DNA of 64,000 bases from Candidatus Woesearchaeota archaeon (GCA_965205335.1 OZ242164.1:1135750-1199749); one strand, 5' to 3'; counted from the stretch's first letter, positions 27,801-38,037 are shown. Notes: generated from the letters alone by a model not told the origin. Numbers and translations are program-made.

Positions 27801-30706
27801 CTTTTCCTGTTGGAACGGTAACTGCGACTGATCCTGAGGAGGATACTTTAACATACTCAATCACATCTGGCAATACAAACAACAAGTTTGACATTAATTC
27901 AACAACTGGTGAAATAACATATATTGGAAGTGGAGAAGACGGAAGCACGCCAGAATATCTCTTAAACATTAGCGTAACTGATACAGAATTTTCTGCCCAG
28001 ACCACTGTTCAGATTACCATTAACACAACAGTCAACAGTAACAACCCTCCCTCATTCGTGGAAATTTCTCGTGTAGCTGTACTCAGAGAGGACAAAGTTG
28101 GCTCTGTATTTCTTGGCGCAGTCTCTGCCAATGATGCTGATAACGATACCTTAACCTACTCCATTACAGAAGGTGATAAAAGTAAATTTAGAGTTGATAC
28201 TATTAATAATGTAGGTAATTTGTATTACATTGGAAGCGGAGAGGATTATGAGACAGGACCAAGAAGTTATAATTTAACAATTGAAGCGAGTGATGAGACA
28301 GACAGTGCGTCTCTTCTTTTCACGATTAATATCAGGGACGTAAACGAGGCTCCTGAATTCAATCAGGGTTCATATGATTTCATTCTTAACGAAAACACAA
28401 GCGGTAGCACAACGCCAGTTCCCATTGGAACAGTAACTGCAACTGATGAAGACGGTGACACCTTAGAATATTCCATCACCTCCGGTGCCACTAACAAATT
28501 CAACATTAGCTCCGAAAATGGTGCAATCACATACATTGGCAGTGGAGAAGATGGAAGCACGTCAGAATATTCCTTAAGCATTAACGTAACTGACACTGAA
28601 TTTTCTGACCAGACCACTGTTCAGATTACCATTAACACAACAATCAGTATAGTCAATCCTAACAATCCACCTGTATTCACTGAGATCTCTCATCTCTCTC
28701 TTGCAGAAAACCGAGACGGAAGAACAACTGCTGTTTATGTTGGAAATGTAACTGCAACCGACCAGGATAATGACACTTTAACATATTCCATTACTGAAGG
28801 CGACATAAATAAATTCAACATTGATTCATCAGTCGGGGAAATTACATACATTGGAAGCGGGGAAAATTACGAAAGCGACCCAAAACAATACAACCTGACA
28901 ATTCAGGTAACTGATAACTCATGGAATGTAGCTGGCAATATTACAGTTAGCATTGCTGACGCAAATGACGCTCCTGTCTTTATTGAGAACTCCTACACTT
29001 TCACTCTTAACATAAGTTCCACTTCTGTTTCTATTGGAACCGTGACTGCAACTGACGAAGACGGTGACACCTTGGGATACTCCATCACATCAGGCAATGC
29101 AGACAACAACTTTAATATTGACGAAACAACCGGTGATATAACATACACTGGCAGTGGAGAAGACGGAAGCACACCGCAATATCATTTAAACGTCAGAGTT
29201 CAGGACAATGATTCCGCTTCTGCTTCAACTGATGTTTATATTAATGTTGTTAATAATTCAGATGATATCATTCCTCCTCAACTCGGTCTGGGTACTTATG
29301 TAAATATCTGTGATCGAACATGGTGGGTTCGGAACAAAATACTGGACCTAACTCCTTCCTCTGATGCTTGTGCGAGTGTTGATTTATCTGAGCTGGCGGC
29401 AATCACTGAACTTGATTTTAACGGATACGGGAATGCTATTATGAAAGTAGGAGATTTTGATGATATGGTTGGATTGCGAAGATTGGATTTGAGTGATCTT
29501 GGTATCGGTCTTATATTAGATGATGACGGCAGTTATCTTGATGGTGTTACTGATAACCTTGGCGGACTTTTCAGAGACTTAACTAACCTTGAGTATTTGA
29601 GTTTGATGAATAATAATTTGCATCCACATCTTCCTGATGACTCATTTGCGAACATGGGTAATCTTCGTGAATTAGACATGCGCGGTTATTCGAGGAATCT
29701 TGAGGGTCGTGATGGTAGTTTGACTGATGGTAATTCACTGGGTGCTTGCTGGTCTTTAGAAGAAAAGGCTCAGTCTCACCCGCAATATCCATGGGATGCG
29801 CGAAAGAACTCACCTAACGCTTTCAAGCCATTAGTGAGTCTTGAGACTTATAACTATGAGTATGATTTCAACACAGAAAACATTTTCTCATTAGGGGAAG
29901 AAAGAAACATAATTTTTTCAGCCACAATGATTTCAAAGACGAGACCATATTCTGGTGTTTTAAACGCTACAGGGTATGGTTCGCTTTATCCTGGCAGTTC
30001 TTTGACTCAGACCAGTTTCACGTTTAAATCCAGAGAATACACTGTCAAAGAACTTCAACTGGTCAATGGAGATTTAGAACTAGAATTCAATAAAGATTTG
30101 ACGGACAGAGCACATTTTTCTCTGGTGCTAACTATTGGTCATAGAGAATTCAACTTCAGAGACTCATCATTTACTACTGGTAATGGGAACAGGAGGTTGA
30201 CAATTCAGAATGTGAATTTTTTGGATAGTCAGCCGGTTAACATCTCAATTGCAGCCACTGAAATCATTGACTATGAGTATGAACCAGAACCATATGCAAC
30301 AAACAATTACATCCAGCCGCCGGCATCTCCACAGAACATTGGAGTATCGGAGAATGAGAGGGTTTTCACTATCACATGGGATGCTCCAGAGAATGAGGAT
30401 GTTACGCATTATCGTATAGAAAGGGGTTTGAATTCATGGAAACATCAGGCTATGAAGAGGACGAGCGGACTTAGTTCCTCAGTCGGGTCTAATGTTCAGT
30501 GTGTTGATCACATGTCAGATTTCTATACTGATTTCAGCCACTTTGCCAACCACGTGGATACCGTCACCGCAAGCCAAAACAGTTACACTGACGACCTGTC
30601 AGGCAAACTACCATTAAGCTACAGTAGCATATGGTCGCTCAATTACCACGTATACGCAATCACTGAAGACGGTGAGAGCATGCCTGTGACAATAAAAGCA
30701 AGATAG
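24884..30706 (+). CDS. giant surface protein: signal, 2 FN3, ~11 cadherin-like repeats, LRR, FN3
   Basis: L.W.AP...ITGY.ILRR..YVYRVKA (FN3); DVNEAPEF..Y.F.L.EN..V.ATD.D..L.Y.I (cadherin); LRRLDLS/LEYLSL.NN (LRR); alternative start at 24929. Confidence 0.92.
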   Translation: MNRNNTLHHPPPPEKMKALLVFVLTLFAALSVISLLSEGSYSANLSSPGPKNLTVEITGSVILEWDAPANNTETITGYQILRRTPLSGESTLQILVNNTETNETAYTDLNATEPREFYVYRVKAWRNQTLSRWSNYDSVYLPSSFGAPTNLTVNLVDGYVTLNWNAPLGNAQSITGYEILRRKPLSGESTLMTLVNDTEINETSYIDLNATEPSARYVYRVKALRNGEKSRWSNYDYIKLPGNYSAPPTVTFTLINSTIEGIFINNSDVSEDYQLPLNSTIDYNDYNNTIKFLRNINISIEDEELVYMESSDNMPPSFATFETFIYNLNENVNASLEPIVIYTATATDPENDTIMYDMSPVPGFEINETSGVVTYVGEGFDYENLSEREFHLFIKPYDMFTVLHDNSPFVLINIVINNVKEAHEFKQAFYDFNLNENADGSSTTPVFVGNVSSAVPETYNLTYFITEGNTSKFSVNESTGEVYYIGGGEDFENGPAFYDLTIYVSDGSLNSSADVRVEVVDVNEAPEFPRGSYISVSINENINGSSNHIFINDYAATDPENDNLTYFITEGDTSGNTSKFRVDESNGEVFYIGSGEDYEGLLLKLGGAQYLLTITVSDGEYNDSYIFTLEINDVNEAPEFSESSYIFNLSENRDGSTMPISLGFVNATDDDGNSLTFIINEQEVSNTFAINSSTGEITYIGGGEDFENGPAFYELTIYVSDGSLNSSADVRVEVVDVNERPKFSESSYNFSLDENVGGSPMNPVFIGNVTATDEDAGDILRYTIILNETNYQSNHPFRLNELTGKLVYIGSGEDYENKSEYEFQVSVKDNELFIRNVPVRIDINDVNDAPEFSESLYTFNLSENRDGSTMPISLGFVNATDDDGNSLTFIINEQEVSNTFAINSSTGEITYIGGEENYENRISHTVLVNVSDDSLSDSAVVFIRILDVNEAPEFNQGSYNFILNENVNGSSTPFPVGTVTATDPEEDTLTYSITSGNTNNKFDINSTTGEITYIGSGEDGSTPEYLLNISVTDTEFSAQTTVQITINTTVNSNNPPSFVEISRVAVLREDKVGSVFLGAVSANDADNDTLTYSITEGDKSKFRVDTINNVGNLYYIGSGEDYETGPRSYNLTIEASDETDSASLLFTINIRDVNEAPEFNQGSYDFILNENTSGSTTPVPIGTVTATDEDGDTLEYSITSGATNKFNISSENGAITYIGSGEDGSTSEYSLSINVTDTEFSDQTTVQITINTTISIVNPNNPPVFTEISHLSLAENRDGRTTAVYVGNVTATDQDNDTLTYSITEGDINKFNIDSSVGEITYIGSGENYESDPKQYNLTIQVTDNSWNVAGNITVSIADANDAPVFIENSYTFTLNISSTSVSIGTVTATDEDGDTLGYSITSGNADNNFNIDETTGDITYTGSGEDGSTPQYHLNVRVQDNDSASASTDVYINVVNNSDDIIPPQLGLGTYVNICDRTWWVRNKILDLTPSSDACASVDLSELAAITELDFNGYGNAIMKVGDFDDMVGLRRLDLSDLGIGLILDDDGSYLDGVTDNLGGLFRDLTNLEYLSLMNNNLHPHLPDDSFANMGNLRELDMRGYSRNLEGRDGSLTDGNSLGACWSLEEKAQSHPQYPWDARKNSPNAFKPLVSLETYNYEYDFNTENIFSLGEERNIIFSATMISKTRPYSGVLNATGYGSLYPGSSLTQTSFTFKSREYTVKELQLVNGDLELEFNKDLTDRAHFSLVLTIGHREFNFRDSSFTTGNGNRRLTIQNVNFLDSQPVNISIAATEIIDYEYEPEPYATNNYIQPPASPQNIGVSENERVFTITWDAPENEDVTHYRIERGLNSWKHQAMKRTSGLSSSVGSNVQCVDHMSDFYTDFSHFANHVDTVTASQNSYTDDLSGKLPLSYSSIWSLNYHVYAITEDGESMPVTIKAR
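24910..24921 (+). repeat. C12 homopolymer at 5' end of surface-protein gene
   Basis: 12 consecutive C in AT-rich context between two in-frame ATGs. Confidence 0.9.
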
Positions 30707-31033
30707 TCATTTTATGACTTCTTTTTACTTTCCTATACCAGCATTTCAGACAAACATAAATTTTGCTGTTTAACCCGTTATCATAGCATTAACAAAATCA
30801 AACCAGAAAACCCGGAATAAACAGCAATGCTCCCCAACCTCTCTCATCAAAACACAAATGGTGAAACACTTTCGCTATCAGACAAAATCCGTTTTCCGAT
30901 AATGTGAAAAAAGTAAATTCCTTTATAGATGAATATATATTACGACTCTGTCCAGAAATTCAAATCAAAGATTACTAACTAAATCAAGATATAATTAATA
31001 GATTGTAAAGTTGGTAAATTTTTAGGAAAAAGA

Positions 31034-31465
31034 TTAATTATCAATGTAATTGCAGGTTCTCTCCGCTTGTTCCATTACTAATGTTAAGACATTTTGTTGT
31101 TGTTTTGGTGGGTATTTGTACTTTCTTAGTAATTTTTTGATTGTTAGTCTCATTGTGGCTCTTGCATTTTCTCTGATGTTCCAATCAACAGATTTGTTTT
31201 CTCTGATTGTAGTCACTAATTCTTTTGCAATATCTTTTAACACTTTTTCACTCATTACATCTCTGACTTCTTTTTTATTGCTTAATGCATCATAAAACGC
31301 AATTTCATCTTCGTTCAGGTTTAGTCCTTCACCTCTTTTGTGCTCATCTCTGAGTTTTTTTCCAAGTTTAATTAGTTCTTCTATTATTTTTGCAGTTTCA
31401 ATGGTTCTGTTTTGGTATTTGTTCTCATTTTTGCACTTAGTTTTAATTTTAGCTCTCAAAACCAT
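31034..31465 (-). pseudogene. hsdR: C-terminal fragment (DUF3387-like) of type I restriction subunit HsdR with unrelated N-terminus
   Basis: YQNR.IET..IIEELI...RGE.L.L..DEIAFYDAL...VDW..RE.ARA.MR..IK.LLRKY.YPP; no helicase/nuclease part. Confidence 0.85.
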
Positions 31466-31505
31466 AAGAAACTTCTGGATATGACCATTTATAAAGTTTT
31501 AAGTC

Positions 31506-31529
31506 ATCCCTCTAAAAATGACCAGAACC
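31506..31529. mobile_element. element end matching the right TIR of 59034-60040
   Basis: ATCCCTCTAAAAATGACCAGAACC vs ATCCCTCTCAAATTGAACAGAACC (21/24). Confidence 0.7.
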
Positions 31530-31575
31530 CAGAAAAAGAAAAATTTAAAAGAGAAGAAATTGCGTATAATATAAA

Positions 31576-32745
31576 ATGCAAAGGGATTATATAATATATC
31601 CGAAGACTTTAGAAAAACTTAGAAACTCTGGAATAGAGAGTAGACTTGAAGCACTAAGAAAAAACCCAGACAATGATTTTCCATTTTTTGGTGGATATTA
31701 CGATTCCTCTGCAATTCAGGAAATCATAAGAGATTTAGAACAAATGAGATTTTACAAAAATGCTCCAGGAGATTTTCTTGATGATAGTCAGATTCTAAAT
31801 CAAATATTTCAAAACCCGCAAGAGTACAAATGGAAAATGCAGAGAGCTAATGATACAAAAGAAGTGCCCTGCATTTTAGAAGAAATATTATTATTTTGCG
31901 GTTACCCCGCTTCATTTGTTTTAAAATCCGAAGAAATTAATGATTACTCTAAATTTGGCTTCTCATCTCCTATGGAGTTTATCACAGCAATTGGAGTCTT
32001 TGTTGCGCAATCACAAAGAATAACATTTCATGAAGGCTATAAATGGATTAGAGAAAAAGAAGATGGCTCTAAAATAGAAACTGAGGTTACCGGAAATATG
32101 CACTGTGACTTAAGAATATATCAAAGAGATGTCTCATTATATGAAACAACATCTCCATTAGGAAAAGAAATTGGCATAAGACCGATAACAGATTTTTATC
32201 GGGGGATTTCTGCATATCATTCAACTGAACCTGCATTGTTAGTTGCAATTATGAAATACATTGACCAGCAGAAAATTAATGCAGAATTCTTAAAAGATAA
32301 AGGACAAGAACTTATCAACTGGGGAAAATCTCTGGAGCAAAGAGGAGGGGCATGTGCAGAACATTTATTCCCGCAGGATTCAGAATCAAGACTGCTTTTT
32401 GTCCCCTATGAACTTTCAATTCCTTACTTAAATGAAAGAGATGAAACAGAAGAACTCTCACGCTTTGCATTAGGCAGAGAATATCGTGGTTGGTATAGTA
32501 CATACATTGCATCAAATGGAGATTTAGTTCTTGCTCAAGCAAATGAATCATCAGAAAGAAACTCCAGAAAAATAATTAGAGCAAGATTCTCTCCTGATGA
32601 CGCAGAAGAACTAATTAAAGGATTAATATATCAATCTGCAAACGGACTTGGGAGAACACCTGCAAGAAACCTTTTAAGTTTAATAGATTACAGATTTTCA
32701 GATTCCTTTAAATCTGATTTTCATTCCGCTCTAATTAATAATTAA
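31576..32745 (+). CDS. hypothetical protein
   Basis: 389-aa ORF, no recognised motif. Confidence 0.7.
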   Translation: MQRDYIIYPKTLEKLRNSGIESRLEALRKNPDNDFPFFGGYYDSSAIQEIIRDLEQMRFYKNAPGDFLDDSQILNQIFQNPQEYKWKMQRANDTKEVPCILEEILLFCGYPASFVLKSEEINDYSKFGFSSPMEFITAIGVFVAQSQRITFHEGYKWIREKEDGSKIETEVTGNMHCDLRIYQRDVSLYETTSPLGKEIGIRPITDFYRGISAYHSTEPALLVAIMKYIDQQKINAEFLKDKGQELINWGKSLEQRGGACAEHLFPQDSESRLLFVPYELSIPYLNERDETEELSRFALGREYRGWYSTYIASNGDLVLAQANESSERNSRKIIRARFSPDDAEELIKGLIYQSANGLGRTPARNLLSLIDYRFSDSFKSDFHSALINN

Positions 32746-32757
32746 ATAAAACATAAG

Positions 32758-33282
32758 TTATTCCTTTTTCCTCTTAACCCTGCACGTTTTCAAATCTTTT
32801 GTTATGCCATACACTGCATACCCCAAAATTGGAAGCGAAAGAAATTTAAGTTCCATTCCCTCATATGGCAGAAACGCAATAAAACCTACAAGCCCAAAAT
32901 ATGAAGCAATAGTTACAGAACAACTTGGACATCCTACAACAATTAATCCCAAAAATGCTCCAAATACTCCTATTGTACTCTTTCCCTTAGAAAACTTCCT
33001 AAAATAATTTATCTTGTAAACTGAGACAGTTAAAAACATTGAAAACAAACCAGCAATAAATAACTGAAGAAAAATCTCAACATATAAATAAATTCTTCCT
33101 AAATTTCCCTCAATAATATCATAATTTGAAATCCACATAAACAATCCTATAATAATACTAAAAAGAATAACATTCAAAACCAAATACTTCCATTGCGAAT
33201 AAACTTGGGATAAATTTTCCCAGAATTGAGAATCCATAAAATAAATGAAATTATCTTCTTTATAAATCTTATTTTTAAACAA
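32758..33282 (-). CDS. membrane protein with GCPSC motif
   Basis: 4 TM segments; G...VGCPSC....LP..G.EL. Confidence 0.7.
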   Translation of the reverse strand: MFKNKIYKEDNFIYFMDSQFWENLSQVYSQWKYLVLNVILFSIIIGLFMWISNYDIIEGNLGRIYLYVEIFLQLFIAGLFSMFLTVSVYKINYFRKFSKGKSTIGVFGAFLGLIVVGCPSCSVTIASYFGLVGFIAFLPYEGMELKFLSLPILGYAVYGITKDLKTCRVKRKKE

Positions 33283-33460
33283 TTAACTTAACTGAATCCT
33301 CCCTTGAATTTTTTTGTGAGCGATATTATAAATTAAAATTAGGGATAAAACAACAAACTAATTGGAAAATTAACAACCACTTTTAGAGTAATTTAGATTT
33401 TTATATGAAATCCACAAAACCTAAGATTTATATACTACTTTATTCTCCTTATTTATTAGA

Positions 33461-34627
33461 ATGACAGATTATGATGATGTAAAAGGGTCAAGTTCGGGGC
33501 TAAATGATGACCCGCTATACAGTATTTCATTTGAAAATGCACGTTTAGAAGAAGAAAACAAGAATCTAAAAAGAACAGTATCATTTTACCAGACAGAACT
33601 TGAAAAATTTCGAACACCACCATTTGTTGTCTCTGAAGTCATTTCTTTAACTAAAAATAACAGAGCAGTTGTCAGATTACCAAACCAAAGTAATTTTGTG
33701 GTAGACATTGCCCAAAACGTTAAAGATTTAAAGGTAGGAGATATGGTTCTAAACGAACAAAAATCCCTTGTTATAATGAGTAAAATTGATTTAACAAAAA
33801 ACTATGCAGTCGAGAATTTCTTAATTGTTAATGACAAACCTGATGTTAGATGGAAAGATATAGGAGGATTATCCAATGAAGTTGAGAAAGTTAAAGAAGT
33901 TTTGGAAATGCCTCTTCTAAAACCACAAAAATTTAAGGAAATTGGTATCACTCCTCCAAAAGGTGTTTTATTACACGGACCCCCTGGAACAGGAAAAACC
34001 ATGATTGCAAAAGCTTTGGCTCAAGAAACAAACTCAACATTTATAGAATTAGTAGGCTCAGAACTTGTTCAGAAATTCATAGGAGAAGGAGCAAAACTTG
34101 TAAAAGATTTATTTGAACTTGCAAGAAAAAAAGGACCAAGCATTATATTCATTGATGAAATTGATGCAATTGGAGCAAGAAGAATTGATACAGGTACATC
34201 AGGAGAAAGGGAAGTCCAGAGAACATTCATGCAACTGCTTGGAGAAATAGATGGATTTGATTCACTTGATAACGTTAAAATAATTGCCGCAACAAACAGA
34301 TTAGACATTTTAGATGAAGCAATACTAAGACCTGGAAGACTTGAAAGACACATTGAAGTTAAAAAGCCAGATGAGAAAGGAAGATATGAGATCTTAAAGA
34401 TTCATACAAGAAGGATGAAATTTTACAAAGGTGTGAATTTAAGTGAAATTGCAGCAAAAACTGAAGAATTTAGTGGAGCAGAACTTAAAGCTCTTACGAC
34501 AGAAGCAGGTTATTTGGCAATAAGAAGAAATGAAAAGAAAATTTCACATAAGGACCTTGAATCCGCTATTGATTTAGTTAAACAAGACGTTCAGGAATAT
34601 GAAATAATAAGTTCTTCATTTAATTAA
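33461..34627 (+). CDS. pan: proteasome-activating nucleotidase PAN
   Basis: Coiled coil + OB; PPKGVLLHGPPGTGKT, GSELVQKFIGEGA, IFIDEIDAIG, EVQRT.MQLL. Confidence 0.95.
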   Translation: MTDYDDVKGSSSGLNDDPLYSISFENARLEEENKNLKRTVSFYQTELEKFRTPPFVVSEVISLTKNNRAVVRLPNQSNFVVDIAQNVKDLKVGDMVLNEQKSLVIMSKIDLTKNYAVENFLIVNDKPDVRWKDIGGLSNEVEKVKEVLEMPLLKPQKFKEIGITPPKGVLLHGPPGTGKTMIAKALAQETNSTFIELVGSELVQKFIGEGAKLVKDLFELARKKGPSIIFIDEIDAIGARRIDTGTSGEREVQRTFMQLLGEIDGFDSLDNVKIIAATNRLDILDEAILRPGRLERHIEVKKPDEKGRYEILKIHTRRMKFYKGVNLSEIAAKTEEFSGAELKALTTEAGYLAIRRNEKKISHKDLESAIDLVKQDVQEYEIISSSFN

Positions 34628-34676
34628 TTAAACATAAAGTCAATATTTTTAAACAAACGAATTTAGTTTATATATA

Positions 34677-35957
34677 ATGGCAGTACCTATTGATGAACAA
34701 ATTGCAAAAACTATAATCTGGATATTATACTTTGTAGGTTTATATTTTTCTCTATTTTGGATTAGTGTTTTCCTTTTTGACCCTCAGCCCAACACACGCA
34801 AAAAAAGAAAAGTCTGGCCCCAAGTTACAATTGTTATGCCAATGTATAATGAAGAAAAACACGTTGAGTGGACAATGGATAGTGTCTTTGCAATGGATTA
34901 TCCTCAAAAAAAACTCAAAGTAATTGCTGTTAATGATGGCTCTACTGATAGTACACTAAAAATCCTGAAACGACTTAAAGAAGAATATGATTTTAAAATA
35001 ATTAATAAAAAAAACGGCGGAAAGCATACTGCACTTAATGCCGCTCTAAAACATATAAACACTCCCTACTTTGCATGCTTGGATGCTGATTGTTATGTTG
35101 AAGCTGATGCAATGAAGAAATTAATTGAAGAATTTGACGAAGAAGATGTTGGAGCAGTTATGCCTATAATGAAAGTCCATAAACCAAAAAATATTTTGCA
35201 AAGAGTTCAATGGCTTGAATATACTATGAATATTTTCTACAAACATATAATGGGCAAACTTGATTGCATTCATGTAACCCCGGGTCCCTTATCTACATAC
35301 AAAACATCAGCAGTAAAAAAATTAGGAGGATTTAGAAAAGGACATATGACAGAGGATTTAGAAATGGCATTAAGACTTCAGGACAATAACTACAAACTAA
35401 AACAATCCCTTGATGCAATAGTTTATACTGCGGTGCCTAAAACAACCAAAGCATTTATTTCTCAAAGGACAAGATGGTATCAGGGCACACTGCTTAATGT
35501 GCGAGATTACAAACACTTCCTCTTTAACAAAAAATATGGGGATTTTGGAATGTATCATATGCCCTTGGTTGCAGCAACAGGATTACTTGCTCTTCTTGGA
35601 GTTTTAACAGTAATCTATTTATTTTTCAAAGGAACATACTTTACAATAAAAAGATGGTATCTAACTAATTTTGATTTTGCAACCTATATCTCAAATTGGA
35701 GTTTTAACACAACTCTGCTTGATTTAAGTTGGCAGACTTTATTTTTGGTTACTGTATTATTATTATTAGTGTTTGTCATAATGTATCTATCTTTTATTGG
35801 AACAAAAGAGAAAGTAAATGTTTTAAACAGCATTAAATATTACTTTATGTTCATATACTATTTTTTCATATATAAACTCATTATGGGATATATATGGGCA
35901 AAAGTTGTTTTAAAGCTTAGTTTGAAAAAAGATAACAAATGGGAAAAAGTAAATTAA
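34677..35957 (+). CDS. processive GT2 glycosyltransferase (PgaC/cellulose-synthase-like)
   Basis: DGSTD, GGK..ALN, DAD, TED, QRTRW; flanking TM helices. Confidence 0.9.
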   Translation: MAVPIDEQIAKTIIWILYFVGLYFSLFWISVFLFDPQPNTRKKRKVWPQVTIVMPMYNEEKHVEWTMDSVFAMDYPQKKLKVIAVNDGSTDSTLKILKRLKEEYDFKIINKKNGGKHTALNAALKHINTPYFACLDADCYVEADAMKKLIEEFDEEDVGAVMPIMKVHKPKNILQRVQWLEYTMNIFYKHIMGKLDCIHVTPGPLSTYKTSAVKKLGGFRKGHMTEDLEMALRLQDNNYKLKQSLDAIVYTAVPKTTKAFISQRTRWYQGTLLNVRDYKHFLFNKKYGDFGMYHMPLVAATGLLALLGVLTVIYLFFKGTYFTIKRWYLTNFDFATYISNWSFNTTLLDLSWQTLFLVTVLLLLVFVIMYLSFIGTKEKVNVLNSIKYYFMFIYYFFIYKLIMGYIWAKVVLKLSLKKDNKWEKVN

Positions 35958-35999
35958 ATACAAGATATATTTTTAAATGAACATAATTTTCTTTTTACT

Positions 36000-36710
36000 A
36001 TGAGAGAGAGAGTTAAAGTTATCAGATACCTTGGAGTTTTATTTTTAACCATTTTAATCTTTGTTATTGGAATTTTCTTAGGTAGTAGTGTTGAAGAACT
36101 TAGAGTTGAGAATTTGTATAATCAACTTCAAGAGCAGGACTTAGAATACCAGACAGTTGTTACAGAAAGTACATATATTGATTTTTTAGTTTCTTCAAAA
36201 GAGGAAAGGGGAAACATATCATGTGATGCAATAAAGGGAACTTATTATACAAGTATTGGCAATTTAGATGATGCCAGACTTAAACTTGAGAATTATATTA
36301 ATTTTGGCAAAGTTCGTGAAGATGAATTTTACAGACTAAGAGAACACTATTCAAATGTTCAGATTAATTATTGGATATTAGCAAACAGAATTAGTTCACT
36401 ATGTGATTCTAATATGAATACAATCTTATATTTTTATGCAGATAAGAAAAAGTGCCCTGCTTGTGAAGATCAAGGAATTCATTTAAGTTATGTTAAACAA
36501 AGATTAGGAGATGATATCTTAATATTTGCCTTTGATTCGCAAAGTTCAAGTGGCGTACTTAAACTGCTTTCCCAGAGATACTCAGTAAGTGAGAGAGAAC
36601 TTCCTGTTCTTGTAATTAATAATGAAATATATGGCTTTATGCATAATTCTCTGATTTTTAAGATTTTATGTGAAAAAGGACTTGACAACGAAGAAGTTTG
36701 TAATTCTTAA
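36000..36710 (+). CDS. membrane-anchored thioredoxin-like protein
   Basis: N-terminal TM; ILYFY...CPAC..QG..L; P.LVIN. Confidence 0.7.
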   Translation: MRERVKVIRYLGVLFLTILIFVIGIFLGSSVEELRVENLYNQLQEQDLEYQTVVTESTYIDFLVSSKEERGNISCDAIKGTYYTSIGNLDDARLKLENYINFGKVREDEFYRLREHYSNVQINYWILANRISSLCDSNMNTILYFYADKKKCPACEDQGIHLSYVKQRLGDDILIFAFDSQSSSGVLKLLSQRYSVSERELPVLVINNEIYGFMHNSLIFKILCEKGLDNEEVCNS

Positions 36711-36842
36711 TTATTCCAGTTAAAAGTTGATGTAATATATGCTTGTTAAACAATTTCAATATTCTTTAAACATCAACAGTTTTACTCTTTTATATGTTAT
36801 TTATTAGGAAAAAAGAATAAATTTTATATACAAGAGATTTTA

Positions 36843-37799
36843 TTGAATTGTATGGAAAATTCTCAGGATATAGGGACATTTATATTAGGTTTAACAAAAC
36901 TTATAGAAAAACCATTTATGAAGGAAGTAAGATTTGATTACAAAGGTTTCTTTAAACTCCTATCAAAAAATAAAGAACTCCCATTATTGCAAGTTATTTT
37001 GAACCAGAATCAGATAAATTTTAACTCGGGATATAAAGTAGATTCAAATGAAACTCTTGAAAGAATATTTAAGCAGATACTTGTCAAACTCATAGAGAAA
37101 GATAGTATCACCTTAAAGAATGAAAATTTAGAGGACATAGTTTCAACATTATTTCAAAAAATAAAAACCCTAAACTTTGAGGACTTAATCAAACTCTTAT
37201 TATCTCGAGTAAACCTATCAAATTTTGAAAGATTAAAACTCTTCTTATTAAAGGATCTCAATCTGAGCGGTAAAATATCTTTAATAACACTTGTAGGAGC
37301 ATTTTCTTTTTCTTCTGGATGTGCAAATGATGCAACTCACACAGGATATAATAACACACCAAATACACATGTAGAAGAAGTCGTTGAAGAAAGCACTACT
37401 CATGGAGTGCTACAAGAACTAACACAATGGCAAAAGGAAATATGGGGAATTGGAGAAAAAAATGGAATGGATGAATGGTACTTTGAACAGATTCCTAATT
37501 TAACTGATAATCAGGCTTGGGCGTTTAAGGTAGGAGTAGAGAATAAGAAGGAAAGGTGGTACTTTGAATTAGTTCTTAAAAATCCTAATTTAACTGATTA
37601 TCAGGCTTTGGCATTTAATGCAGGAGTAGAGAGTAAGAAGGAGAGGTGGTACTTTGAACAAATTCCTAATTTAACTGATAATCAGGCTTGGGCATTTAAT
37701 AAGGGAGTAGAGAGTAAGAAGGAAAGGCGGTACTTTGAATTAGTTCTTGAAAATCCTAATTTAACTTCATCTCGTTTTATGGAATTAATGCAGGAGTAG
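36843..37799 (+). CDS. hypothetical protein with internal lipobox-like SSGC and C-terminal 27/30-aa tandem repeats
   Basis: WYFE..PNLTD.QA.AF..GVE.KKER repeats. Confidence 0.7.
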   Translation: MNCMENSQDIGTFILGLTKLIEKPFMKEVRFDYKGFFKLLSKNKELPLLQVILNQNQINFNSGYKVDSNETLERIFKQILVKLIEKDSITLKNENLEDIVSTLFQKIKTLNFEDLIKLLLSRVNLSNFERLKLFLLKDLNLSGKISLITLVGAFSFSSGCANDATHTGYNNTPNTHVEEVVEESTTHGVLQELTQWQKEIWGIGEKNGMDEWYFEQIPNLTDNQAWAFKVGVENKKERWYFELVLKNPNLTDYQALAFNAGVESKKERWYFEQIPNLTDNQAWAFNKGVESKKERRYFELVLENPNLTSSRFMELMQE

Positions 37800-37835
37800 A
37801 GAATAAGAAGGAAAGGTGGTACTTTGAATTAGTTC
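37476..37835 (+). repeat. tandem repeat, units of 81/90/81/89 bp plus a partial unit
   Basis: (T/C)GGTACTTTGAA at 37476, 37557, 37647, 37728, 37817. Confidence 0.9.
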
Positions 37836-38037
37836 AGGAATAGATGCACTTGGAGATTTGATGAGAACCATGCGAGAGTTTGTATCAGAAGGAAAATTAG
37901 TGACAAACCCAAGCATATTCGTTACTGGCGATGATGGTAAACCTATTAAACTTATTTAGCAAAAATACAAATACAAATAAATTAACCTCTGTACTTAAAT
38001 ACAAAACTATTTATATATTAAAAACATGCAGACAATT

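Noticed and set aside
34600-34627. PAN C-terminus SSSFN lacking a strict HbYX motif
   Set aside because: A penultimate aromatic residue is retained; within plausible variation
37476-37835. CRISPR array
   Set aside because: Units are contiguous coding repeats with no unique spacers, and no cas genes are present
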